Shown in pieces: positions 41,391 through 55,929 of a stretch of 64,000 nucleotides of DNA. Every line of letters starts with the position of its first letter. Position 1 is the stretch's first letter. Made by a program: the position numbers and the translations under genes. This stretch comes from Octopus sinensis. Taxonomy: Eukaryota. The stretch is from NCBI RefSeq assembly GCF_006345805.1, contig NC_043015.1:34596001-34660000 (forward strand). Reading direction: 5' to 3'. The notes under the pieces were generated by a model. The model worked only from the letters and a program-made list of their open reading frames with translations. It did not search any database and was not told where the DNA came from.

Positions 41391-42037
41391 AATTAAAGGC
41401 CGGGCAGCAGGCTGCCTCGCCGCATACTGGAGGAATTAGAAATGGCAGTCAAAGACTGTTTTTTCCATTTTCTATAAGCGGATTTTCCAAATACGACGAA
41501 CCCTGCGATTCACATACGCAAAAAACGGAGTAGCAAATAAACGAAACCCATCTCTTACCGTTAATGATGAACATGTTTCTAGATCACAAGCACGAAAATA
41601 GCTTGATTTCCTTTATCAACACCATATTCGATAGATTTACCAAATGCCACAAGCCCTCACTTCTGACCAAGCGACATCAGATAGTGGGGGGAGGTATGCA
41701 TATGTTAAAACTAAGTAATGACTGAGAACGTAAATTTTCCCTCCAAAAATTCTGCCGTGCGCGCCGCCTGGCCGATCGCAATGGAATAAGAAGTTCACAT
41801 GGTAATACAATAAAAATGGTAAATAATTTTTCAGTGGTTTTTCATATAACCAACAATTATTTACCGGTAAAATTCCGGTATGTAAATATGACAAATTCAT
41901 CGTCAGGAACTTCTGGAAAGTTCAGTATATAGTGAAAATAATTAAAGGGCGGGCAGCAGGCTGCCTCGCCGCATACCGGAGGATTTCACTATATACTGAA
42001 CTTTCCAGAAGTTCCTGACGATGAATTTGTCATATTT
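41391..42037. mobile_element. Unclassified non-autonomous insert with 44-bp direct repeats and 54-bp perfect inverted repeats
   Basis: A1 41391-41434 matches A2 41940-41983 (42/44). B 41884-41937 is the exact reverse complement of 41984-42037. The insert is CpG-rich and embedded in TAYA satellite. Confidence 0.7.
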
Positions 42038-42350
42038 CATACATACATATACATATATCTATACATACATACATATATATATATACATACATACAATATA
42101 TATATACATATATATATATACTACATACATACATACATATATATACATATATATATACATACATACATAATATACATACATACATACATAACATACATAC
42201 ATACATACATACATATACATATACATACATACATACATACATACAACATACATACATACATACATAATACATACCTACATACATACATAATACATACATA
42301 TACATACCATACATACAGAACATACATACATATACATACATACATAAATA

Positions 42351-42381
<31 letters not shown>

Positions 42382-42650
42382 CATACATACATACATACAT
42401 ACATACATACATACATCATTAGTATATACATACATATACATACAGACATACATATGTACATATACATATACATACATATATATATATACTAACTACACAT
42501 ATATACATACATACAGATATACATTAAATATTTATATATTACATACATTATATATATACATTACAATAATAGATACATACATATATATTATACATATATA
42601 TATATAACTATATATATATAATATATATATATATACATAATATATATACA

Positions 42651-42697
<47 letters not shown>

Positions 42698-42790
42698 TAT
42701 ATACATACATATATATACATATATATATATACATATATATATATACATATATATATATACATATATATATATACATAATATATATATACA

Positions 42791-42828
<38 letters not shown>

Positions 42829-42834
42829 CATAGA

Positions 42835-42888
<54 letters not shown>

Positions 42889-43183
42889 ATACATATATAA
42901 TATATACATACATATCATATATATATACATACATATTATATTACATATATACAACATATATATATACATACATATATATATACATACAATATAATTACAT
43001 ACATATATATATATACATTATATATTACATACATATATATACATACATACATAATATATACATACATACATACATATATATACATCATATATATACATAT
43101 ACATACATATATATAACATACATATATATATTATACATACATATATATATACATACATATATATATACAGACATATATATATC

Positions 43184-43215
<32 letters not shown>

Positions 43216-43413
43216 ATATACATACTAATACATATATATACATACATATATTACATACATATATATACATATATATATAACATACATATATAATATACAC
43301 ATACATATATTATAGATATATATACATATATATATACATACATATACATACCTACATAATATATATACATACATATATATATATATATACAGACATATAT
43401 ATATACATACATA

Positions 43414-43454
<41 letters not shown>

Positions 43455-43480
43455 ACATACATATATATATACATACATAC

Positions 43481-43512
<32 letters not shown>

Positions 43513-43827
43513 CATAGATATACATACATAATATATATATCAATATTACATACATATATATATATATACATATTATATACATATATATATATACATACTA
43601 TATATATACATACATATATATCATATAATAACATATAGATATACATACATACATATATATACATACATCTATATATATATACATCATTATATATACATAC
43701 ATATATACTATATATATATATATACATACATATATATATATACATACATACAATAGATACAACATACATATATATATATACATACATATATATACATAAT
43801 ATATATATATACATACAATATATATAC

Positions 43828-43898
<71 letters not shown>

Positions 43899-44000
43899 CA
43901 TACATATATATATACATATACATATATTACATACATATATATACATACATATATATAATATACATACATATATACAACATACAATATATATACATACATA

Positions 44001-44040
<40 letters not shown>

Positions 44041-44130
44041 CATACATACTATATACATACATACATATATATATATACATACATAATATACATATACATA
44101 TATATACATACAGACATATATACATACATA

Positions 44131-44164
<34 letters not shown>

Positions 44165-44165
44165 C

Positions 44166-44200
<35 letters not shown>

Positions 44201-44297
44201 CATATATATATACATATACATTATAATACATATATATATTATACTATATATAATACATATATATATATATACATATATATACATATATATATATACA

Positions 44298-44358
<61 letters not shown>

Positions 44359-44455
44359 CATATATATACATATACATATATACATTACATACATACATAT
44401 ACATACATAACATATATATACATACAATACATACATATAATACATATATACATAC

Positions 44456-44532
<77 letters not shown>

Positions 44533-44653
44533 CATATATACATCATATATATCATAACATACATATATACATACATAGATTATACATACATATATATATA
44601 TACATATATATATACATACATATATATATATACATATATATATATACATATAC

Positions 44654-44688
<35 letters not shown>

Positions 44689-44738
44689 CATATATATATA
44701 TACATACATACATATATACAACATATATATATACCTAC

Positions 44739-44787
<49 letters not shown>

Positions 44788-44899
44788 ACATACATATATA
44801 TATATAGATACATATATATTACATATAATACATACAATATATATACATATACATACATATATATATATACATATATATACTAATATATATATACATACA

Positions 44900-44933
<34 letters not shown>

Positions 44934-45109
44934 ATTATACATACATATATATATATACATACATACATTACATACATACATATATATATATACATACATA
45001 TATATATATACATACATATATATATATTACATACATATAATATATACATACATATATATATATACATACATATATATAATACATCATAATATATATATAT
45101 ACATACATA

Positions 45110-45164
<55 letters not shown>

Positions 45165-45254
45165 ACATACATTATATATTACATACATATATATATATAT
45201 ATACATACATATATAATATACATACATATATATACATACATACATAATATATAC

Positions 45255-45285
<31 letters not shown>

Positions 45286-45514
45286 CATACCTATAGATAT
45301 ATATATTATATACATACATATAGATATTACATACATACATATATATATACATACATACATATATATACATACATACATATATATACATACATACATATAT
45401 ACATACATATATATATATACATACATAATATATATATATACATACATATATACATACATATATATATATACATACATATATTATATACATACATATATAT
45501 ATATATCTACATAC

Positions 45515-45559
<45 letters not shown>

Positions 45560-45749
45560 CATATATATACATACATACATATACATACATACATATATAC
45601 AACATATATATACATACATACATATATATACATACATACATATATACATACATACATATAGTACATACATATATATATATACATACATACATATATATAC
45701 ATACATATATACATATATATATACATACATATATTATATATATATATAC

Positions 45750-45782
<33 letters not shown>

Positions 45783-45888
45783 CATATATATACATATACA
45801 TATATATACATATACATATATATATACATAATAATATAATATACATATATTATACTATATATATATATATACATATATATACATATAC

Positions 45889-45959
<71 letters not shown>

Positions 45960-46058
45960 CATAATATACATACATACATATACATACATACATATACATA
46001 CATAATATACATTACATATATACATACATACATATACATACATACATATATATAATAC

Positions 46059-46095
<37 letters not shown>

Positions 46096-46136
46096 CATAA
46101 TATATATACATACTATATATACATACATACATATAC

Positions 46137-46169
<33 letters not shown>

Positions 46170-46860
46170 AACATACATACATACATTATATACATACATA
46201 TATATATATATACATATATATATATACATACATACATATATATACATACATACATATATATAACATATACTATACAATATTACATAACATATATATACAT
46301 ACATATATATACATATATATATATACATACATACATATATACATACATATATATATACATACATATATACATACATACATACATATATATATATACATAA
46401 TATATTAATATACATACATATATATATATACATATATATTACATATATACATACATATATATATATATACATACATACATATATATATATACATATATAT
46501 AATACATATATATATATATACATACATACATACATATAACATACATACATACATATATACATACATATATATATTACATACATACATACATATATACATT
46601 AATACATACATACATATATATACATACATAGATATCATTACATACATACATATATACATACATATATACATACATACGTACATACATACATACATACATA
46701 CATACATACATACATACGTACATACATACATACATACGTACATACATACATACATACATACGTACATACATACATACATACATACATACGTACATATATA
46801 CATACATACATATATACATACATACATACGTACATATATACATACATACATACATACATA
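42038..46860. repeat. (TA)n/(CATA)n compound satellite block 2 (~4.8 kb)
   Basis: Directly visible; CGTA variants cluster at 46676-46831. Confidence 0.97.
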
Positions 46861-47400
46861 TCATCATCATCATCAATTAGCGTCCCCTTTCCATGCTGTC
46901 ATGGGTTGGACGGTTCAACTGGGGTCTGGGAAGCCAGAAGGCTGCGCCAGGCCCAGTCTGATCTGGCAGTGTTTCTACAGCTGGATGCCCTTCCTAATGC
47001 CAACCACTCCGTGAGTGTAGTGGGTGCTTTTTATGTGCCACCGACACAGGTGCCAGACGAGGCCAGCGAATGGCCACGATCGGATGATGTTTGTTATGTG
47101 CCCACAGCACGGAGACCAGTCGATGCGTTACTGGTTACAGCCACGTTTGGATGGTTTTCTTATGTGCCACCGGCACTAGTACCACAAAAATGCAAATTCC
47201 ATTGATGTTCATCGATTTTGATTTGATTTGATTTTCACTTGCCTCAACAGGTTTTCACAAGTAGAGTTATGTGTCCCAAGAGGGAAGGTATGCACAGGTG
47301 GACTGACTACGTCCCAGGTAGGGGCCATGGGTTATGGCCTCACGTGTCCTGCCGGGTCTTCTCGCGCACAGCATACTTCGAAAGGTCTCAGCGTGTTGAC
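46860..47400 (-). mobile_element. SINE-like family D; tail reads (CAT)n on the + strand
   Basis: 46876-47040 is the near-exact reverse complement of 61495-61660. Shorter relatives lie at ~3540-3730, 7937-8045 and 37610-37760. Confidence 0.78.
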
Positions 47401-47459
47401 CAGCGTGTTGACCATCCTGCCAGCTTGCCACAATATCAGTTTGTCCCTGGTATAGCTTG

Positions 47460-47630
47460 ACAATTGGTGTTGGTTTGTTCACATCCCTGTAACGTAACAG
47501 TTCAGCAAGAGGCTAATAGGGTAATTATCAAACTTTAAAGAAAAAGTCCTGGGGTCAATTTCTTCGACTAAACCCTTGAAAGCACTGCCCCAGCATGGCC
47601 TTGGTTAATTGGCTGAAGGAAATAAAAGAA
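47460..47630 (+). mobile_element. SINE family C
   Basis: ggtgttggtttgttcacatccctgtaacgtaacagttcagcaag...ctggggtcaatttcttcgactaaa...tgccccagcatggcc. Confidence 0.68.
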
Positions 47631-47697
47631 GACCTGAAACTGCAAATGTCTCTGCCCAGTGTATATCATCAATAAGAGAAAGGGGGAAGTTCAAGAA

Positions 47698-47906
47698 GGA
47701 ATTATTAAAAAAAAAAAAAAATAAAAAATATCCTTCACACCCCTTCTGCACAAATCCATCCAAATTTTGACACTTTAGAGACATCAGATCTTATCAGTCT
47801 TGGTATCCAGATTCGTAAGATCTGATGTCTCTAAAGTGTCAAAACCTGGACAAACTTGTGCAGGAGGGGTGTGAAGGATATTTTTAATTTTTTTTTTTTT
47901 AATTCC
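47698..47906. repeat. Foldback inverted repeat with poly-A / poly-T outer arms
   Basis: Perfect 29-bp inner stem 47765-47793 / 47816-47844, extended by aaaaatatccttcacacccct / aggggtgtgaaggatattttt and by A-tract / T-tract. Confidence 0.93.
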
Positions 47907-48099
47907 TCCATATTTATTTATTGGTATGTGAAAATATATAAAATGAGTAATGCAGGTTCAATATTCAGAGGAATATTTAAAATTTGGATTTATTACCCAC
48001 TCTCTAGAACTGGGATCTTGTGAACTTTCTGAACTCCTCTCTCCATCCTCTTGATTTCCGCACATTTTGTTTGTTTTTTTTCATATTCGTTTTCCTACA

Positions 48100-48390
48100 C
48101 ACCGCCTTTAGTCGATCGAGCAAATCAACCCCCAGTACTGATTCTATCGGTCTCTTTTGCCGAACCGCTAAGTGACGGGGACGTAAACACACCAGCATCA
48201 GCTGTCAATCAATGCTAGGGGGACAAACACATACACATATATATACATATATACAACAGGCTTCTTTCAGTTTCCGTCTACCAAATCCACTCCCAAGTCA
48301 TTGGTCGGCCCGGGGCTATAGCAGAAGACACTTGCCCAAGATGCCACGCAGTGGGACTGAACACGCAACCATGTGGTTGGTTAGCAAGCT
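48100..48390 (-). mobile_element. Composite SINE (family A head plus family C body)
   Basis: 48255-48390 matches family A; 48100-48230 matches 4410-4565 (gccgaaccgctaagtgacggggacgtaaacacaccagcatc). Confidence 0.78.
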
Positions 48391-48504
48391 ACATATATAC
48401 ATACATATATATACATATATACATACATATATACATACATATATATACATATATACATACATATATATACATATATACATATACATATATACATACATAT
48501 ATAC

Positions 48505-50408
48505 AGCTACAGTGCACTGTAGAATAGGGCCACTCCTCGAAAAGGATGGCACACTTACAGGAAAACCAATGAGGGTAAGTGAAATACTGAATGAGCAATT
48601 CAAGAGTGTTTTCACTCCACCCCTTGGGCATCTCCAAATCACCAATCCAACTGACTTTTTTACCACTGCAGATATAAAATCAGAGGCGGCGACGATAGAT
48701 TACATCGATATAAAGGAAGACGATGTAACCAAGGCTATAGATGAAATGAAAACAGACTCAGCTACTGGCCCCGATGGATTCCCGGCAATCCTCCTAAAAG
48801 CATGTAAGAGAGTCCTAGCAAGACCACTGCAGTTCCTCTTTCAGAGCTTCCTTGCAGCTGGCAAACTTCCAGGAAAACTGAAGGAAGGTAAAATATGCCC
48901 CATTCATAAAGAGGTAGCAGAGCGGAAGCCAAGAACTATAGACCTATCTCTCTGACCTCACACATCAGCAAGGTCATGGAACGAATAGTCAGAAGGAAGC
49001 TGATCACCTTCCTTGAAGAGAATGACCTGCTGCCCGACACCCAACATGGTTTCCGACCAGGGAGAAGCTGTTTAACTCAGCTCCTACAACACTATGACTG
49101 GGTGCTGAAACGGCTGCTCAACCACTCAAATGTGGAAGTGATATATCTCGACTTTGCAAAGGCCTTTGATAAAGTCGATCATGGAATGATATGTCACAAA
49201 CTGCGTGATCTCAACATAGTTGGAAAACTGGGAGAATGGCTTCATGACTTTCTGAAGGATAGAAGTCAGGTGGTAGTAGCCAATGGGGCCACCTCCATTA
49301 ACACACAAATAGTGAGCGGTGTTCCGCAGGGCACTGTTCTGGGACCACTACTGTTCATAATGGCCCTCTCAGACATGCCCTCAGCCACGCAGAGAGCCAC
49401 GATCACAAGTTATGCAGATGATACAAAAGTTTCACAGGCAATACAGAACCCTGAGGACACTAAACACCTGCAATGTGAGCTGGACGAAATATACAAGTGG
49501 GCTGAAAAGAATAGCATGCAGTTCAATGCTGGAAAGTTTCAAGCTTTATACTATCAGCATGCAAAACTGAATGCAATACCCAATGAATACACTGGACCCG
49601 GAGGGATTGCAATCCCAGAGGCACAATCAGTGCGTGACCTGGGTATTCACATGAGTGATGACGCGACCTTTCATGTACATGTTGCTAAACTGACAATGAA
49701 ATGTAGACTGGCTGGATGGATTCTTAGAACCTTTAGAACAAGAGAACAAAAAACCATGATGGTCCTCTGGAAGACACTTGTCCTAAGTCACTTTGACTAT
49801 TGCTCTCAGCTATGGTCACCATCCAGGGTCAAGTTGATCACAGAACTTGAGGCGATCCAACGAAGCTACACAAAGAAGATAGCCTCTATGCAAATGTAAG
49901 CTACTGGGAAAGACTCAAGAGATTAAAATTATATTCCCTGGAGCGTAGGCGGGAAAGATATGCCATAATATACATCTGGAAGATCCTGGAGGGAAGTGTC
50001 CTGAACTTTGGCATCGAGAGTTACGCAAATGCCAGAACTGGGCGCCACTGCGTGGTGCCTAGGACTCCAAACCTGCCATCAAGATGTAGGACAAGATTCT
50101 GTGATAGCCTGGGCTTCCGAGGCCCACAGCTCTTCAATATCCTCCCGAAGAACCTGAGAGACCTGCATGGGGTGGATACAGATGTCTTTAAAATGAAGCT
50201 GGATCTCTTCCTGTCAGGTGTCCCAGATGAACCAACTTCACGGCAGGAGGGGCAGATGAGGGCAGCTGCATCGAACTCTCCCTGCACCCCAATAGCAGTT
50301 GCTAGAAAGCCTCCATGAAGTGAAACCAAGTAGCAACACCAAATGGCGGTGCCCCAGCATGGCCACACAGCTCATAAGCTGAAACTAGAATCAATCAATC
50401 AATCAATC
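48505..50408 (+). mobile_element. 5'-truncated CR1/L2-superclade LINE with a near-intact RT domain and (ATCA)n tail
   Basis: [47 protein letters not shown] and YADD motifs; frameshifts near 48910 and 49895. Confidence 0.92.
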
Positions 50409-50424
50409 ATATATATATATATAT

Positions 50425-50483
<59 letters not shown>

Positions 50484-50730
50484 CATACATATATATATAT
50501 ATATGCATACATATATATATATATATGCATACATATATATATATATATGCATACATATATATATATATATGCATACATACATATATATATATGCATACAT
50601 ACATATATATATGCATACATACATATATATGCATACATACATATATATATATGCATACATACATATATATATATATATATACATACATACTACATATATA
50701 TATATATACTACATACATATATATATATAT

Positions 50731-50761
<31 letters not shown>

Positions 50762-51706
50762 ATACATACATACATATATATATATATATACATACATACA
50801 TATATATACATACATACTATATATATACATACATACATATATATATATACATACATACATATATATATACATACATCAATATATATATATACATACATAA
50901 TACATATATATATATACTACATATATATATATATATATACATACATACATATATATATATACATACATACATAATATATATACATACATACATATATATA
51001 TATACATACATACATATATATATATACATACATACATATATATATATACATACATACATATATATATATACATACATATATATATATATATACATACATA
51101 TATATATATATACATACATATATATATATACATATATATATATATACATACATAATATATATACATACATATATATATATATATATATACATACATATAT
51201 ATATATACATACATACATATATATACATACATACATATATATATATACATACATACATATATATATATATACATACATACATATATATATATATATACAT
51301 ACATATATACATACATACATATATATATATATACATACATACATATATACATACATACATATATATATATATATACATACATATATAATATATATATACT
51401 ATATATATATATATACATACATATATATATATATATATACATATATATATACATATATACATATATATATACATACATACATATATATATATACATACAT
51501 ATATATATACATACATACATATATATACATACTACATATATATCATACATACATATATATATACATACATACATATTATATACATACATACATATATATA
51601 TACATATCATATATACATATACATACTACATATATTATACATATATATATATCATATATACATATATATACATATATATACATATACATACATACATATA
51701 ATATAC

Positions 51707-51737
<31 letters not shown>

Positions 51738-52340
51738 CATATATACATATATATACTACATTATACATACATACATATATATATATACATACATATATAT
51801 ATATACATACATACATATATATATATAATACATACATACATATATATATATATACATACATACATATATATATATATACAACATACATATATATATACAT
51901 ACATACATACATATATATATACATACATACATACATATATATATACATACATACATATATATATATAACATACGACATATATATATTACATACATACATA
52001 TATATACTATACATACATACATATATATATATATACATACATACATTATATATACATACATACATATATATATACATACATACATATATATATACATACA
52101 TACATATATATATACATACATACTATATATACATACATACATATATATATAACATACATACAATAGTATATATACATACTTATATATACATATACATACA
52201 TACATACATATATATATATATACATATATAATTATACATATATTATATATACATATATACATTATATTATACTATATACATATATATATATACTATATCA
52301 TATATATATACATATATACATATATATTATACATATATAT

Positions 52341-52373
<33 letters not shown>

Positions 52374-53380
52374 CTATACATAATATACATATATATAATT
52401 CTATATACTATTATTATATACATATATAATAAATACATATATATAATACATATATATACATATATCCATTATACATATATACATACTTACATACATAAAC
52501 ATATACATACATACACACATCATACACACACACATACATACATATACATACATACATATATATACATACATATACATACATACATATACATATATATACA
52601 TATATACATACATACACACATTACATATATACATATATACATACATACACACATATACATATATACATACATACACACATATACATATATACATACATAC
52701 ACACATATACATATATACATACATACACACATATACATATATACATACATACACACATATACATATATACATACATACACACATACACATATATACATAC
52801 ATATATACATACATACACACATACATACACACACACATACATACATATACATACATACATATATACATACATACACATACATACATATACATATATATAC
52901 ATACATACATATATATATACATGCATACATACACATATATATACATGCATACATACACACATATATACATGCATACATACACACATATATACATACATAC
53001 ATACATACATACATACATACACACATACATACATATACACATACATACATACATATACATATACATACATATACATATATATACACATACATACATACAT
53101 ATATATACACATACATACATACATATATATACACATACATACATACATACGCACACATACATATACATACATACACACATACATACATACATATATACAT
53201 ACACATATACACACATAAATATATATATATATACATACATATATATATACATACTTACATATATATATATACATACATATATATATACATACTTACATAT
53301 ATATATATACATATATATATACATACATATATATATATACATACATATATACATATATATATACATACATACACATATAT
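50409..53380. repeat. (TA)n/(CATA)n compound satellite block 3 (~3 kb), between the two LINE copies
   Basis: Directly visible; ATGCATAC variants at 50500-50660 and ~26-bp CACAC-containing units at 52640-52770. Confidence 0.97.
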
Positions 53381-54464
53381 TCCGCAGGGCACTGTTTTGG
53401 GACCACTACTGTTCATAATGGCCCTCTCAGACATGCCCTCAGCCACGCAGAGAGCCACGATCACAAGTTATGCAGATGATACAAAAGTTTCACAGGCAAT
53501 ACAGAACCCTGAGACACTAAACACACTGCAATGTGAGCTGACGAAATATACAAGTGGGCTGAAAAGAATAGCATGCAGTTCAATGCTGAAAAGTTTCAAG
53601 CTTTATGCTATCAGCATGCAAAACTAAATGCAATACCCAATGAATACACTGGACCCGGAGGGATTGCAATCCCAGAGGTACAATCAGTGCGTGACCTGGA
53701 TATTTACATGAGTGATGACGCAACCTTTCATGCACATGTTGCTAAATTGGCAATGAAATGTAGACGACTGGCCGGATGGATTCTTAGAACCTTTAGAACA
53801 AGAGAACAAGAAACCATGATGGTCCTCTGGAAGACACTTGTCCTAAGCCACTTTGACTATTGCTCTCAGCTATGGTCACCATCCAGTGTCAAGTTGATCA
53901 CAGAACTTGAGGCGATCCAACGAAGCTACACGAAGAAGATAGCCTCTGTGCAGCATATGAGCTACTGGGAAAGACTGAAGAGATTAAAACTCTATTCCTT
54001 GGAGCGTAGGCGAGAATATACATCTGGAAGATCCTGGAAGGACTTGTCCCAAACTTTGGCATCGAGAGTTACACAAATGCCAGAACTGGGCGCCACTGCA
54101 TGGTGCCAAGGACTCCAAATTTGCCATCAAGATGTAGGACAAGATACTGTGATAGCCTGGGCTTCAGAGGCCCACAACTCTTCAATATCCTCCCGAAGAA
54201 CCTGAGGGACCTGCATGGGTGGATGCGGATGTCTTTAAAGTAGGACTGGATCTCTTCCTGTCAGGTGTCCCGGATGAACCAACTTCACGGCAGGAGGGGC
54301 AGATGAGGGCAGCTGCATCGAACTCTCTCATGCACCAAATGGCAGTTGCTAATAAGCATTCGTGAGGTAATATCATGTAGCAAACCAAATGGCGGTGCCC
54401 CAGCATGGCCACAGCTCATGAGCTGAAACTAGATAAAATAAATTAAATAAAAATAAAATAAAAT
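53381..54464 (+). mobile_element. Second, shorter copy of the same LINE family with a (TAAAA)n tail
   Basis: Colinear and highly similar to 49323-50389, starting at [11 protein letters not shown]; has small indels. Confidence 0.92.
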
Positions 54465-54471
54465 ACATACA

Positions 54472-54503
<32 letters not shown>

Positions 54504-55220
54504 CATACACATACATATATACATACATATACATACATACACATACATACACACATACATACATACATATACATACATACATATACATACATATACATAC
54601 ATACATACATACATACATATACATACATACATATACATACATACATATACATACACATACATACATATACATACATACACATAGATACACATACATACAT
54701 ACACATACATACACATACATACACATACATACACATACATACATACATACATATACATACATACATATACATACATATACATATATACATACATACATAT
54801 ACATACATATACATATATACATACATACATATACATACATACATATACATACATACATATACATACATATATACATACATACATACATACATATACATAC
54901 ATACACATACATACATACATACATACATACACATACATACATACATACACATACATACATACACATACATACATACACATACATACATACACATACATAT
55001 ACATACATACACATACATACACACACACACACACACATATACATACACACACACACACATACATATACACACACACACACATACATATACATACACACAC
55101 ATACACACATACATATACATACACACACACACATACACACATACATATACATACACACATACACATACACACATATATACATACATACATACATACATAC
55201 ATATTAAACATACATACATA
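54465..55220. repeat. (CATA)n/(CA)n satellite block 4
   Basis: Directly visible. Confidence 0.97.
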
Positions 55221-55611
55221 TAAAACACTAGACTTTCACAAAGCAACATTGAATATAATATTATTGTGTACAATCATATTTAACACAATCAGGTACATTT
55301 GGATGTGAGTAGACCTTTTGCTGCAGAAACTTCTCTTCACACACAAAATGTGCAAAAACACATCAGGCTATGAATGACAACATTGGATCCTAGGATGTCT
55401 GCATTTCATGTTGTCAGCTATGAATATCAACTTTGTCTGTCACAGCCCACTAAGTACAATAGTTTTTTATTTATAAGAACAGAAAATAGTACATTTACTG
55501 ATGAGTCAAGCAGTAATTTAATAACTAGAGTTGCATGAAGCTGATACACATATCATGAGATAATGGAAGACATGGATACTTCAGTGCCACATCAGCTAAG
55601 TTAATGTTTCC

Positions 55612-55833
55612 TATTCCTTTATTGCCCACAAAGGGCTAAACATAGAGGGACAGACAAAGGGATTAAGTTGATTACATCGATCCCAGTGCGTAAGTGGTAC
55701 TTAATTTATCGACCCCAAAAGGATAAAAGGCAAAGTCGACCTCAGTGGAATTTGAACTTGGAACGTCATAGCAGATGAAATACTGCTAAGCATTTCGCTC
55801 GGCATGCTAACATTTCTGCCAGCTCACAGCCTT
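55612..55833 (-). mobile_element. SINE family B
   Basis: ggtacttaatttatcgaccccaaaaggataaaaggcaaagtcgacctcagtggaatttgaact...gctaacatttctgccagctc. Confidence 0.82.
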
Positions 55834-55929
55834 AAACTCAGTTAATGTTTCCTTGAGTCAGTTCGGTACACTTCAGTTTGATGCATTCAAAAGAATAGGA
55901 AAGAAAATTCAATTCAGTTACTTAATTAC

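Noticed and set aside
41780-42037. CTGACGA in the B repeat as a hammerhead core
   Set aside because: A possible stem I partner exists (AGAAGTTC/GAACTTCT), but there is no properly paired stem II-GAAA or UH triplet. The 44-bp repeat also did not fit HDV-like or twister consensus by eye.
38493-55273. Dozens of long ORFs (up to 441 aa) rich in Y/I/H/T or M/Y/V/C
   Set aside because: They are translations of (TA)n/(CATA)n satellite that lacks stop codons; there is no coding signal.
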